Assembly (NCBI GenBank): GCA_963810935.1
Contig: CAWEPK010000005.1
Span: 160,001 to 224,000, forward strand
DNA from: an uncultured delta proteobacterium
GTDB lineage: Bacteria > Desulfobacterota > Syntrophorhabdia > Syntrophorhabdales > WCHB1-27
Reading direction: 5' to 3'
DNA length: 64,000 bases
In this document: positions 9,916 through 19,348 of the stretch, one piece after another
How the letters are laid out: every line of letters begins with the position of its first letter
How positions within the stretch are numbered: the first letter of the stretch is position 1
Made by a program: the position numbers and the translations under genes
The notes under the pieces: model-generated
What the model was told of the DNA's origin: nothing
Databases searched by the model: none
What the model saw: the letters and a program-made list of their open reading frames with translations, nothing else

Positions 9916-10526
9916 TCCTGGAGTTCAATCCGGCCAGGGCCAAAAGGAAGACGATCGATTTCATAAAGGAAGGTCTCGAAAACGGCGCCATCATCGGATA
10001 CCCTACGGACACGTTCTACGGGCTCGGCTGCGACCTATTCAACATCAAGGCGATCAAGACGCTCTACGAAATGCGGGGCCTCGACGAGAAGCGGCCCTTG
10101 AGCATAATCTTCAAGGACATCAAGGATATAAGCAACTATGCGGTGCTCACGAATTTCGCCTTCCAGGTCTTGAAAAGCACGCTTCCGGGCGCCTACACCT
10201 TCATCCTCAAGGCGAGAAGGATCGTGCCCAGGCTGCTCATGACGAGCAAAAAAGAAGTGGGCGTGAGGATGCCGGACCACGAGGTGACGAGCGCCCTCGT
10301 AAATCTGCTCGGCAGGCCCATCATCAATACTACCGCAAAGCCGGCCGGGCGCGACCCGATGGAAGACCCGCGCGAGATTGAGCGTTATTTCAAGGGCAAG
10401 GTCTCATTCGTAATCGACGGGGGGCTGATCGTTGGAGAGCCGTCGACCGTTGTGAGCCTGGTGGACGACAAGGTGACGGTGCTGAGGGAAGGCAAGGGGC
10501 CGCTTACAGATCTCCTTCGGGACTAG
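9912..10526 (+). CDS. Sua5/YciO/YrdC family protein (threonylcarbamoyl-AMP synthase-like)
   Basis: YPTDTFYGLGCD, LPGAYTFIL, VGVRMPD, PSTVV. Confidence 0.9.
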   Translation: MILEFNPARAKRKTIDFIKEGLENGAIIGYPTDTFYGLGCDLFNIKAIKTLYEMRGLDEKRPLSIIFKDIKDISNYAVLTNFAFQVLKSTLPGAYTFILKARRIVPRLLMTSKKEVGVRMPDHEVTSALVNLLGRPIINTTAKPAGRDPMEDPREIERYFKGKVSFVIDGGLIVGEPSTVVSLVDDKVTVLREGKGPLTDLLRD

Positions 10527-10845
10527 TCTGTGAGTCTTCCATTGCCGCAGCCATCTCTTCTTCAAACCCTTCGCCCATCTCATCGCCCAGCTCGCTGCCC
10601 ACCCTCTTCATCAGCCTTTCCACGGACCGCGGGTCGCTCTCGTCGAGGTCGCCCATCGTCGAGGGGTCGAGGAGGCTTTCCATCCTCTTCTCCTCACTGC
10701 GCAGGACCGCTACGCGCGAGAGTACGCGCTTTACTTCGGACGATTTGCAATGCTTGCAGTAAGGGGCGACTTCTTCGGTGGACCGAAGCAGCAGGAAGGA
10801 CGATATTTTCTTGCAGGATTCGCAGTAATATTCATAGATGGGCAT
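10504..10845 (-). CDS. FmdB family zinc-ribbon protein
   Basis: MPIYEYYCESC...CKHCKS...RVLS with an acidic tail. Confidence 0.9.
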   Translation of the reverse strand: MPIYEYYCESCKKISSFLLLRSTEEVAPYCKHCKSSEVKRVLSRVAVLRSEEKRMESLLDPSTMGDLDESDPRSVERLMKRVGSELGDEMGEGFEEEMAAAMEDSQTSPEGDL

Positions 10846-10851
10846 TAATAC

Positions 10852-10880
10852 ATTTTATTTTTTCGGATTTGATTTGTAAA
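10852..10880 (-). promoter_or_regulatory. Putative sigma70 promoter for a leaderless FmdB gene
   Basis: TTTACA-17 bp-TAAAAT; ATG 6 nt downstream. Confidence 0.6.
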
Positions 10881-10924
10881 GGCCTTACGCGATAGTCTAG
10901 TCCCGGAAAGGAAACGAAAGAACG

Positions 10925-11749
10925 ATGAAGGCCGGACCCCTTTGCAAAGATTGCCTGAAGGACCTCGCGAGGCGCGTCGCCGCGCTTTCAGGCGGAACCG
11001 CGCGGCTTGCCGCCTCGGCCCTGGAGCTTGTCGATGCCCTTTTCGACGTCTACCGGGTCCCTACCGAGGTGTCCAACCGCCTACTGAGATACGTCAGGGA
11101 GGAGACGGGCGTCTACGACCCGTACGCACAGCGGAAGGAGGCGGAATTCAGACAGGCCCTGGCCGCCTCGCTCCGGCTGAAAGACTTTTTCCCCGATACG
11201 CTGGAGGGCGCACTGCGCGCCTCTGCCTTCGGCAACGGCGGGGATTTCTTCATGGAGCATTCATACGACGCGGACCATATGGAGTTCGAGGGTGAAGTGG
11301 CTAAAATAGAGCAGCAGGTATATATTAGTACCAAAATTATGGTCCTGGGAGACAATCCGGGCGATTTCGTCTTCGACCTGCCGCTTTTGCGCCTGCTCAG
11401 GCGGGATGGAAAAGAGGTCTGTTACGCGGTGAAGAAGCACCCCGTACAGAACGATATGTCGATGCCGGACATGGAGAGGTTCGGGGCGCACGACCTGTGG
11501 GACGCAATTATTCCCGCAGGGACGGAAGTGGGCATCAGGCGCGAGGAGATGACCGGGCGGGTGCGGGAATGCTGGGAGGACGGCAGCATGATTATCGCGA
11601 AGGGCATGGGGAACTACGAGACGATCTCCGAGTACGACAGCGGGCGGCCGGTCGTCTATGTCATGGCCGTAAAGTGCGGCGCCGTGGCGGAGTCGCTGGG
11701 GCGAAAGATCGGGACGTATATAGCTGTCGCGGGTGGTGAGCATGGCTAA
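10925..11749 (+). CDS. DUF89/ARMT1-like damage-control phosphatase
   Basis: N-terminal Cxx[33 protein letters not shown]. Confidence 0.85.
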   Translation: MKAGPLCKDCLKDLARRVAALSGGTARLAASALELVDALFDVYRVPTEVSNRLLRYVREETGVYDPYAQRKEAEFRQALAASLRLKDFFPDTLEGALRASAFGNGGDFFMEHSYDADHMEFEGEVAKIEQQVYISTKIMVLGDNPGDFVFDLPLLRLLRRDGKEVCYAVKKHPVQNDMSMPDMERFGAHDLWDAIIPAGTEVGIRREEMTGRVRECWEDGSMIIAKGMGNYETISEYDSGRPVVYVMAVKCGAVAESLGRKIGTYIAVAGGEHG

Positions 11750-12686
11750 AAAAGACTACTACGAGATACTGGGTGTGCAGAAGACCGCATCGGAAGACGA
11801 CATCAAAAAGGCTTACAGGAAGCTGGCGCTGAAGCACCACCCGGACAGGAACCCGGGAAACAAGGCTGCCGAAGAGCAGTTCAAGGGGATAAACGAGGCC
11901 TATGCTGTCCTGAGCGATAAAGACAAGCGGAAAGAATACGACACTTACGGCATGAGCGGCTTCCAGCAGAAGTATACCCAGGAGGACATCTACCGGAACT
12001 TCAACGTAGGCGACCTCTTCAAGGACCTCGGCTTCGGGACGGGCGACGTCTTCAGCATGATCTTCGGACAGCAGGGGCGCGCAGCGGGGGGCAGGAGGGA
12101 ATCGGCGCGCGGCGGAAGGCGCGTTCACGATTTCGGCGATTACGTGGCCCGGGACCGCGGTGCTGGCGCAGAGCTCGACCTCAATTACGAGCTGGAGATA
12201 CCTTTTATGGACGCCATGAAGGGGGCCGAGAAGGTGCTTGCCTTCTCCAGCGAGCGGGGCGGCGAAGAGATAAAGGTAAAAATACCGAAGGGCATAAATA
12301 CGGGCCAGAAACTGCGCCTCCACGGCAAGGGGAGCAAGGACCCGTACACCGGCGGGACCGGCGACCTCTATGTGACCATAAAGGTGGCCGAGGACCCTGT
12401 CTTCAGGAGGGTGGGCAACGACCTTTACATAAAGCAGGAAGTGCGGGTGACCGACGCCTTCCTGGGCGGCTCTATAGAGGTGCCGACCATCGACGGGCCG
12501 AAGCAGATCAAGATTCCGGCCGGGGTTCGCGCCAACTCGAAGGTGCGCCTGAAGGGCCTCGGGGTGCCGCAGATCGGCAGGCAGGCCGCGGGCGACGAGT
12601 ACGTGGAGATCGCCATCGACGTGCCGCGAAAGCTGACGGACAGGCAGAAGGCGCTGCTCGAAGAATTGCGAAAAGAAAACCTCTAG
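11742..12686 (+). CDS. Class B J-domain protein (CbpA/DnaJ-like, no Zn finger)
   Basis: KDYYEILGV...HHPDRNPG J-domain and DnaJ C-terminal domain; no CxxCxGxG repeats. Confidence 0.92.
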   Translation: MAKKDYYEILGVQKTASEDDIKKAYRKLALKHHPDRNPGNKAAEEQFKGINEAYAVLSDKDKRKEYDTYGMSGFQQKYTQEDIYRNFNVGDLFKDLGFGTGDVFSMIFGQQGRAAGGRRESARGGRRVHDFGDYVARDRGAGAELDLNYELEIPFMDAMKGAEKVLAFSSERGGEEIKVKIPKGINTGQKLRLHGKGSKDPYTGGTGDLYVTIKVAEDPVFRRVGNDLYIKQEVRVTDAFLGGSIEVPTIDGPKQIKIPAGVRANSKVRLKGLGVPQIGRQAAGDEYVEIAIDVPRKLTDRQKALLEELRKENL

Positions 12687-12761
12687 CTCCGCTTGCCAGT
12701 TTATTTTGTCCCCCTTGATGACTATATTAGCACTATCTCGAGAACTCCAAAGGGGGTGCTA

Positions 12762-13340
12762 ATGAGGCGTATCGGTATGGGTCCGGGTGCTTTTTTAATA
12801 TTATTCCTCGGACTGGCGCTTCAGGCAGCAGCCTTCGAGCTCTCCGCCGATATGGTCACCAGGGAAGGGGAGCAGAAACAAACAGGCAAGTTATACGTCA
12901 AGGGGAACAAATACCGCATCGAGACGAAGAACGGCTCCGAATACGCCATCATCAGGCACGACAAGAACAAATCATGGATCGTCATACCGGAGCAGAAGGC
13001 ATACATAGAGATGCCCTTCGACCCGAAGAAAAAACCGGCCATCGAGGATAGGCAATCTGCAGAAGGGAACCGCAAATTCCTGGGCGCGGAGACGGTCAAC
13101 GGCCATCCGTCCAGGAAATACGAGGTCACGACTAAGGAAGGGGAGTCGGTAGATCCGTTCTATGAATGGATCGCTTCCGACATCAACTTCCCCATAAAAA
13201 CGATGGCAGTGAACGGGAACTGGAGCATCGAGTACAGCAATATCAAGACCTCGGTGCCCGACAGCCTATTTGAGATACCTGAAGCCTATGAGAGGATAGC
13301 TATGCCCTCGAACGGAGGGCAGATAGGCGCCATCCGATAG
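12762..13340 (+). CDS. Exported DUF4412/LolA-like fold protein
   Basis: Signal peptide, GKLYVKGNKYRIE, LGAETVNGHPSRKYEV, VPDSLFEIPEAY. Confidence 0.7.
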   Translation: MRRIGMGPGAFLILFLGLALQAAAFELSADMVTREGEQKQTGKLYVKGNKYRIETKNGSEYAIIRHDKNKSWIVIPEQKAYIEMPFDPKKKPAIEDRQSAEGNRKFLGAETVNGHPSRKYEVTTKEGESVDPFYEWIASDINFPIKTMAVNGNWSIEYSNIKTSVPDSLFEIPEAYERIAMPSNGGQIGAIR

Positions 13341-13360
13341 GGGTGGACTAAGACGATATT

Positions 13361-13405
13361 GAAAAAGAAAAAGGCAGGTCGCCTGGTGCGGCCCGCCTTG
13401 CCTTT
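13361..13405 (-). terminator. Rho-independent terminator after the cold-shock gene (possibly bidirectional)
   Basis: Minus strand AGGCGGGCCGC-ACCAG-GCGACCTGCCT followed by TTTTCTTTTT. Confidence 0.7.
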
Positions 13406-13606
13406 TTAGAGCTTAACTACGTTCGCAGCTTTCGGGCCTTTCGGGCTTTCTACTATATCGAAACTGACTGCCTGGCCTTCCGTCAGCGACTTGAATCCAT
13501 CGTCCTGGATCGCGCTGTAATGAACGAAAACATCATCGCCGTCTTCTTTGGCGATAAAGCCAAAACCCTTAGATGCGTTGAACCACTTTACGGTCCCCGT
13601 TGCCAT
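13406..13606 (-). CDS. Cold-shock protein (CspA family)
   Basis: [31 protein letters not shown]. Confidence 0.97.
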   Translation of the reverse strand: MATGTVKWFNASKGFGFIAKEDGDDVFVHYSAIQDDGFKSLTEGQAVSFDIVESPKGPKAANVVKL

Positions 13607-13841
13607 ACCGAAAATACCTCCTGTGCAAATATCGAAGAGTCAAACGATGCCAATAAAAAACCGCAACGTTTCACGCATTGCGGCACGTAACAATACGTCC
13701 GAAACTTCGGGTAACATGATTACATAGAATCGCGGAAAGAGTCAAAACAATTTTGTATCATACTTTACACTTTGCTTCCCCGTTCCGGGCTACCCCTGAT
13801 GTGCCCTTTAAATACGGCATGAGCCGGACCGCTCAATGCGG

Positions 13842-13871
13842 TTGACACAAAACCCCTGTTTTTGATATGGT
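13842..13871 (+). promoter_or_regulatory. Putative sigma70 promoter of the ParB-like/radical SAM operon
   Basis: TTGACA-18 bp-TATGGT with a TGn extended -10. Confidence 0.55.
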
Positions 13872-13964
13872 TTAGAGTCGGCGGAATGGCTCGTTGCAGC
13901 TTGAATGCGTTTATGCAAGGCCGCAATTATGCGCCCGGGCAAGGGCGACTGCCGCATCGCGGGG

Positions 13965-14882
13965 ATGATGGATACGATAGAACTCGACAAGGTAAACGTT
14001 ACTGACAGCAGGTTCTGCGTCTCTTACCCCCTGGCCGACGACCTCCTGCTGGCTTCGATAAAAAGGTTCGGCATCCTCACGCCCGTTGCCTTGCAGGGGG
14101 GCGAGAGACGGGCCGTAATCACGGGTCACAAGAGATGCGATGCAGCGCGCGTGCTCGGGATCGCACACGTCCCATGTGTCTTCTTCAACGTCGACGACAG
14201 GCAGGCCCTCCTGATGTCGATAAACGACAACATGGCAAGGCCCCTCAACACCGTTGAAAGGGCCGTCTGCGTTGCGAAGATGGCAGCCTGCGGTTTTCCC
14301 ACGGAAGAAGTCTACGCTGTTATGACCATGCTCGGGCTGCCTGCAAGGGCGAATGTTTTGAAGACGTGCATCGGGGCCGCCTCGGCCGAAGAGCAGGTGT
14401 CGGCGTTTATCGTGGGCCACGGCCTCCCGGTCGCGGTAGTCGAGCAGCTTTTCGCGTTCGAGACAGGGGAGATGCGTGAAATCATCCGGCTGGTCGAACC
14501 GCTTCATCCGACCGTAAGCTCTTTGAGAGAGGCCCTCCAGCTCATGATGCTCGCCAGGGTGAAGCTGGGAGGCATAGATTTCGCGGGGTTCGAAGAGGTC
14601 AGGGACATGGAGGCCTTAAGACGCGCACTCAAAAAACGGACCAACCCGCTCCTTTCCGGGCTCGAAGAACGGCTGGCGGCTATACTCACCGCTTGCGCAC
14701 TGCCCCCTTCTATAAAGGTGCGGGTGGACCCGGCGTTCGAGAGGGAAACGGTCGATATAACGATACGGGCGCGCAGTAGCGGCGAGATAGAAGCGGCCGC
14801 ATCGAAGCTGGGCGGCATCGCCAGGGAAGGACTTTTCAGGAGCATATTTGAGCTTACCCACGGTACGTCGAATAGAATCTAA
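13965..14882 (+). CDS. ParB/Srx-domain protein (ParB paralog)
   Basis: LLASIKRFGILTPVAL, VITGHKRCDAA (GxxRxxA), SINDNMARPLNTVERA resemble ParB boxes; no parA neighbour. Confidence 0.75.
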   Translation: MMDTIELDKVNVTDSRFCVSYPLADDLLLASIKRFGILTPVALQGGERRAVITGHKRCDAARVLGIAHVPCVFFNVDDRQALLMSINDNMARPLNTVERAVCVAKMAACGFPTEEVYAVMTMLGLPARANVLKTCIGAASAEEQVSAFIVGHGLPVAVVEQLFAFETGEMREIIRLVEPLHPTVSSLREALQLMMLARVKLGGIDFAGFEEVRDMEALRRALKKRTNPLLSGLEERLAAILTACALPPSIKVRVDPAFERETVDITIRARSSGEIEAAASKLGGIAREGLFRSIFELTHGTSNRI

Positions 14883-15795
14883 GGCCAGCGTCGTCAGGGA
14901 CTGTCCAGGTACGCGCAAGCACGTCTGCTGCGGCTACAAGACCATAGACCTCGTGGAGGGGTGCCCCCTGTCCTGCTCGTACTGCATCCTCAGGTCGTAC
15001 CTCAATAACCCCGGCATTACGGTACGAGGCGCCACGGACGCGATCATCGGCGAGATAGACGGGGCCGTCGCGGCCGAGAAAGCGCACGTCCTCAGGTTCG
15101 GCACGGGGGAATTGGGAGACAGCCTCGCCGTTGACAGGAAGCTCGACGCGGTCAGGCCTGTAGTCCGGTTCTTCGGCGAAAGGAAAGAGGCGCTTCTGGA
15201 GCTGAAGTCGAAATGGGCCGGCCTCGACCACCTGCGGTCGAGCCTCAACCCATACGTTGTCGTCTCCTTCTCGCTCGCCCCCCAGAGGATCGTCGATATG
15301 GAGGAGAAAGGGACGAGCCCTGTTGCGAAAAGGCTCAAGGCCCTGAAAAAAGCGCAGGATTGGGGATGCCTCGTGGGACTTCACTTCGACCCGGTGATCG
15401 TTTACGACGGCTTCGAGGACGATTACGCGCGCCTGATAGATGAGATAGCGGATACGCTCGATCTGAGCAGGGTCATATGGGCCAGCATGGGGTGCCTGCG
15501 CTTCGTGCCACGGCTCATGAAGCTTTTTCTCGATGAGAGGCGTGAAAACCTCCTGCACGGCGAATTTATCATGGGCGAGGACGGTAAGTACCGCTATATC
15601 AAGATGGAGAGGATCAGGGTCTACAAGATGCTTTACGGGCTCCTCAAGGCAAAGTCGCCCGGCCTTTTCATCTACCTTTGCATGGAGAGGCCCGAGGTGT
15701 GGCGGGAGGCGACCGGCGCGGAGGTCGGCCGAAGCGATGACCTGATAACGCTTTTCGACAGAAGAATAAGCGAATTCTACGGAGGCTTGCAATGA
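14848..15795 (+). CDS. Spore photoproduct lyase-like radical SAM protein
   Basis: GCPLSCSYCIL (CxxxCxxC), RFGTGELGDSL, LELKSK, EKGTS..KRL, FDPVI, DGKYRY, YLCME. Confidence 0.85.
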   Translation: MSLPTVRRIESKASVVRDCPGTRKHVCCGYKTIDLVEGCPLSCSYCILRSYLNNPGITVRGATDAIIGEIDGAVAAEKAHVLRFGTGELGDSLAVDRKLDAVRPVVRFFGERKEALLELKSKWAGLDHLRSSLNPYVVVSFSLAPQRIVDMEEKGTSPVAKRLKALKKAQDWGCLVGLHFDPVIVYDGFEDDYARLIDEIADTLDLSRVIWASMGCLRFVPRLMKLFLDERRENLLHGEFIMGEDGKYRYIKMERIRVYKMLYGLLKAKSPGLFIYLCMERPEVWREATGAEVGRSDDLITLFDRRISEFYGGLQ

Positions 15796-16577
15796 GGTTC
15801 AGGGACAAGGTCGTCTTTATCACAGGGGGTACGCGGGGGCTGGGCAAGGCAATGGCCGAGGCTTTCCTCGAAGAGGGCGCGAAGGTGGCCGTCAACGGGA
15901 GGAAGAATGAGGCCGTAGCGAAATTCCGCGAAAATCACGCACAAGAAGCGGCCAGGGCCTTCGAGGCCGATGTGTCAGATTACGCCGCTATGGAGGCCGT
16001 ATCGGAGAGCGTAGTACAGGAATGGGGCGGCATCGACATCCTCGTTAACAATGCGGGCATCGTCAACCCACTCGTGCCTTCCGCAAAGATCAAGCGGGAG
16101 GATTTCGATCACGTGATCGACGTGAACCTGAAGGGCACCTTCTACGTCACCCAGATATTCGGGCGCAAGATGCTCAAACGGGGCTCCGGGAGGGTTATAT
16201 CGATATCGTCCCAGGTCGCCCTCTTCGGCGAAAAGGGCTTCCTTCCTTATGCGATCAGCAAGGGGGGGATCCAGCTCATGACGCGGAGTCTCGCGTCAGA
16301 ATGGGGCAGGTCCGGGGTCACGCTTTGCTGTCTGGCTCCCGGGTACATAAAGGGCGGCATGAACGAAGGGTTGGCTAAAAGGCAGGACCTGGTGGATTTC
16401 CTGTCCGCCAAGACGCCGGTCCTGAGGATGGGCACGGTCGGCGAGCTGGTCGGCACGGTCCTCTTCCTCGCGTCCTCTGATGCGGCCTATATCAACGGCG
16501 AGACAATCACCATGGACGGCGGCCTGACCGGATACGCAGCCGAAACGCTGCTGGACGCAATAACAAAAGGAAAATGA
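15792..16577 (+). CDS. Short-chain dehydrogenase/reductase
   Basis: TGGTRGLG, NNAG, YAISK. Confidence 0.9.
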   Translation: MRFRDKVVFITGGTRGLGKAMAEAFLEEGAKVAVNGRKNEAVAKFRENHAQEAARAFEADVSDYAAMEAVSESVVQEWGGIDILVNNAGIVNPLVPSAKIKREDFDHVIDVNLKGTFYVTQIFGRKMLKRGSGRVISISSQVALFGEKGFLPYAISKGGIQLMTRSLASEWGRSGVTLCCLAPGYIKGGMNEGLAKRQDLVDFLSAKTPVLRMGTVGELVGTVLFLASSDAAYINGETITMDGGLTGYAAETLLDAITKGK

Positions 16578-17215
16578 TGGACAGCATCTCTTTCGTAGTC
16601 TTTACTTTCAATTCGCGGTACGTAAAACGGTGGATAGCAGGCGGTCTTATCCTTATGATCCCGCTGGCCAATTTCCTTTCCGTCGGCTATCTCGCCCGCA
16701 CGTCCAGCCTTACCATGATAGGCGGCATGGGCCTGCCTACCTGGGAGAAAAAGAACGAGCTTTTGTGGGAGGGCGCAAAGCTTTTCGGCATTTTCATCCT
16801 TTACGAGGCCCTGCCCTGCTTCCTTTTCTCGTTCAGCTTCCTCCTTTCGAGCTTCGGCAACACCCTTACCGGCTTCGCGGGCGGCATAATAAAGTTCCTG
16901 GCGGTTATCGCTTTTATCGTCTGCTCCGCTTTCCTCCCCTTCGCTTTCTGCACCTTCATCGATCAGGCGGAAGTGCGGAGGGCCTTCGAGTTCGAGCGGA
17001 TAGCCGCAGCCGTCAAGGAAGTGATGCCTGCGTACGTTTTCGGTTACGTCCTGAGCCTAATCTGCATGTACGTGGCATACAAGCTGCACACCATCCCCTA
17101 TCTACTGGGTTTCGCCCTCTCGTCCGTGCTCATCTATTATGTCCTCCTCGTCTCCACTTATTATTTCACGCAGCTTTACAAAAAGACCGCGCTGGGGGCA
17201 GGCAAACTGCCGTAA
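16574..17215 (+). CDS. DUF4013-like membrane protein
   Basis: WIAGGLILMIPLANFLSVGY...LPTW, four TM segments. Confidence 0.7.
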   Translation: MMDSISFVVFTFNSRYVKRWIAGGLILMIPLANFLSVGYLARTSSLTMIGGMGLPTWEKKNELLWEGAKLFGIFILYEALPCFLFSFSFLLSSFGNTLTGFAGGIIKFLAVIAFIVCSAFLPFAFCTFIDQAEVRRAFEFERIAAAVKEVMPAYVFGYVLSLICMYVAYKLHTIPYLLGFALSSVLIYYVLLVSTYYFTQLYKKTALGAGKLP

Positions 17216-17275
17216 GACCGCGTAATGTATACGGTTATGAGCCGAATCGTATGCCCGGACCAGGCCAGTTTATAC

Positions 17276-17304
17276 TTGCACAGTTTACCGATATTTTATA
17301 AGAT
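17276..17304 (+). promoter_or_regulatory. Putative sigma70 promoter of the glycan operon
   Basis: TTGCAC-17 bp-TAAGAT, ~135 nt upstream of rmlA. Confidence 0.55.
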
Positions 17305-17363
17305 ATTCTGGCACATTCCGGAAAATCTGTGTATAGCACCTCACGTGCCGAGGATGATTTGCG

Positions 17364-17393
17364 GGTATGCGGCGGGCCAGTGGCGGTAGCTTG
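17364..17393 (+). promoter_or_regulatory. ops/JUMPstart-like element
   Basis: GGTA-N8-GCCAGT-GGCGGTAGCTTG; the last 12 nt match the ops consensus GGCGGTAGnnTG, 47 nt before rmlA. Confidence 0.5.
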
Positions 17394-17440
17394 TCAAAAA
17401 ATGGGACTACCACGATGATTTCGCTAAGGAAAGGAACAAC

Positions 17441-18325
17441 ATGAAAGGCATCATTTTGGCCGGAGGCAGCGGCACGCGACTTTTTCCGCTCACCCTCGGC
17501 GTATGCAAGCAGCTCATACCCGTATACGACAAGCCGATGATCTACTTCCCCCTCTCGGTGCTGATGCTGGCCGGCATCAGGGATATCCTCATCATCTCGA
17601 CGCCGCAGGACCTTCCGCGCTTTGAGACCATCTTCAAAGACGGCTCCCACCTGGGGCTTCGTTTCAGCTACGCTGAGCAACCCCATCCAAACGGGATTGC
17701 CGAGGCTTTCATCATCGGCGCGGATTTTGTGGGCGCCGACGACGTCTGCCTCATACTCGGGGACAACATATTCTACGGACACGGCCTTACCGCCCGGCTC
17801 AGGAAAGCCGTAGCCGACGTCCACGATCTGGGCGGCGCGACGGTCTTCGGTTACTATGTCAGCGACCCGGAACGGTACGGCATAGCCGAGTTCGACGAAC
17901 ACCTGAACGTCCTGTCGATAGAGGAAAAACCGAAAAATCCCAAATCGAACTATGCGGTGACGGGCCTCTACTTCTACGATAACAGCGTTATCGGGGTCGC
18001 GAAAAACATAAAGCCGTCGGCCCGGGGAGAGCTGGAGATCACGGACGTCAATAACGCGTACCTTAAAATGGGCAAGCTCCATGCCGAGCTTCTCGGCAGA
18101 GGGTACGCCTGGCTCGATACGGGCACCCACGAGACGCTCCTGGAGGCAGCCGAGTTCATGGCGACCATAGAGAAGAGACAAGGCCTCAAGGTAGCCTGCA
18201 TAGAGGAGATCGCCTACAGGCTTGGATACATCGACGCGGACCGGCTCCTTACCCTCGCCGAGCCGCTTAAGAACAACGGCTACGGCAAGTACCTTCTGGG
18301 CCTCGCAAAAGGACCAAGGTCATAG
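17441..18325 (+). CDS. rmlA: Glucose-1-phosphate thymidylyltransferase
   Basis: [48 protein letters not shown]. Confidence 0.97.
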   Translation: MKGIILAGGSGTRLFPLTLGVCKQLIPVYDKPMIYFPLSVLMLAGIRDILIISTPQDLPRFETIFKDGSHLGLRFSYAEQPHPNGIAEAFIIGADFVGADDVCLILGDNIFYGHGLTARLRKAVADVHDLGGATVFGYYVSDPERYGIAEFDEHLNVLSIEEKPKNPKSNYAVTGLYFYDNSVIGVAKNIKPSARGELEITDVNNAYLKMGKLHAELLGRGYAWLDTGTHETLLEAAEFMATIEKRQGLKVACIEEIAYRLGYIDADRLLTLAEPLKNNGYGKYLLGLAKGPRS

Positions 18326-18333
18326 CCGGCCTC

Positions 18334-19194
18334 ATGAGGGTCCTCATCGCCGGGAAAAGCGGTCAGCTTGCGTGTGAGTTCACAAGACAGCTTTCCGCGC
18401 CCGCCTTCACCGTACTGGCTCCCGACGAGAAAGAGCTCGATATAACTAACATTGAGACGGTCAGGACCATAGTCGGCGCAAGCCGGCCGGACGTTGTCCT
18501 CAACTGTGCAGCCTACAACCTGGTGGACGACGCGGAGAGGGCGCCGGGGCCGGCCTTTGCCGTGAACGCGACGGGCGTTGCGAACCTGGCGGCAGCATGC
18601 AGGGAAGCGGGCGCGGTTTTAGTCCATTACGGGACCGACTACGTCTTCGGCGGCCTGAAAGAAACGCCGTACACGGAAGAGGATAACCCCGACCCGATCA
18701 ACGCTTACGGGCAGAGCAAGCTGGCAGGAGAGAGGCTGCTCGCCGAAAGCATGGAGGATTACCTGCTCCTGCGCGTGAGCTGGGTCTTCGGAGACGGGCG
18801 GCAGAACTTTCTTTACAAGATGCTGCAGGCGGCCCGCAGCCGCGAGGTGATCGAAGTTGTCGACGACCAGGTCTCCATACCCACCTCTACGCGGGACATC
18901 GTAAAGTATACGATGAAGGCGCTCGAAAAGGGTCTCCGGGGGCTCTACCATCTGACCAATAGCGGCTTCGCCTCGAGATACGAGACGGTACGCTACAGTT
19001 TTTCCAGGCTTGGTGTTGCCGCCAGGGTGGTGCCGGTCGGCACGGACCGCTTCCCTGCCCCTGCCCGCCGTCCCCGCTTTTCAGCCCTCTCGAACGCGAA
19101 ACTGGCGTCGGTTCTCGGTGCCGAAATACCCCACTGGACCGACGGCGTGGACTGGTACGTTGAAAGGAATGCGCAGGTCCAAGGGAGCGTATAA
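18334..19194 (+). CDS. rmlD: dTDP-4-dehydrorhamnose reductase
   Basis: GKSGQL, NCAAYNLVD, TDYVF, YGQSKLAGE, VVDDQ, PARRP. Confidence 0.93.
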   Translation: MRVLIAGKSGQLACEFTRQLSAPAFTVLAPDEKELDITNIETVRTIVGASRPDVVLNCAAYNLVDDAERAPGPAFAVNATGVANLAAACREAGAVLVHYGTDYVFGGLKETPYTEEDNPDPINAYGQSKLAGERLLAESMEDYLLLRVSWVFGDGRQNFLYKMLQAARSREVIEVVDDQVSIPTSTRDIVKYTMKALEKGLRGLYHLTNSGFASRYETVRYSFSRLGVAARVVPVGTDRFPAPARRPRFSALSNAKLASVLGAEIPHWTDGVDWYVERNAQVQGSV

Positions 19195-19323
19195 TAAAGC
19201 AAGCGAATGCGCAGCGCCGAGTGGGGAGGCCGGGGCACCCGCCCGACGTAAGGAGGGAAGGGTCGCAGCTTTGCCGACGGAGGGGGTGCTGAACCCCAAT
19301 GATTGCCTGGTACGTTGAAAGGA
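19152..19323. repeat. 17-bp direct repeat (CTGGTACGTTGAAAGGA at 19152-19168 and 19307-19323) flanking a 138-bp GC-rich insert
   Basis: Exact duplicate read directly from the sequence. Confidence 0.85.
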
Positions 19324-19348
19324 GAAAGCTTATGGGCGAGGTAGATTC

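Noticed and set aside
13905..14882. Chromosome-partition ParB or plasmid/prophage origin
   Set aside because: No parA, rep or parS-like site noticed; motifs are divergent and the context is chromosomal
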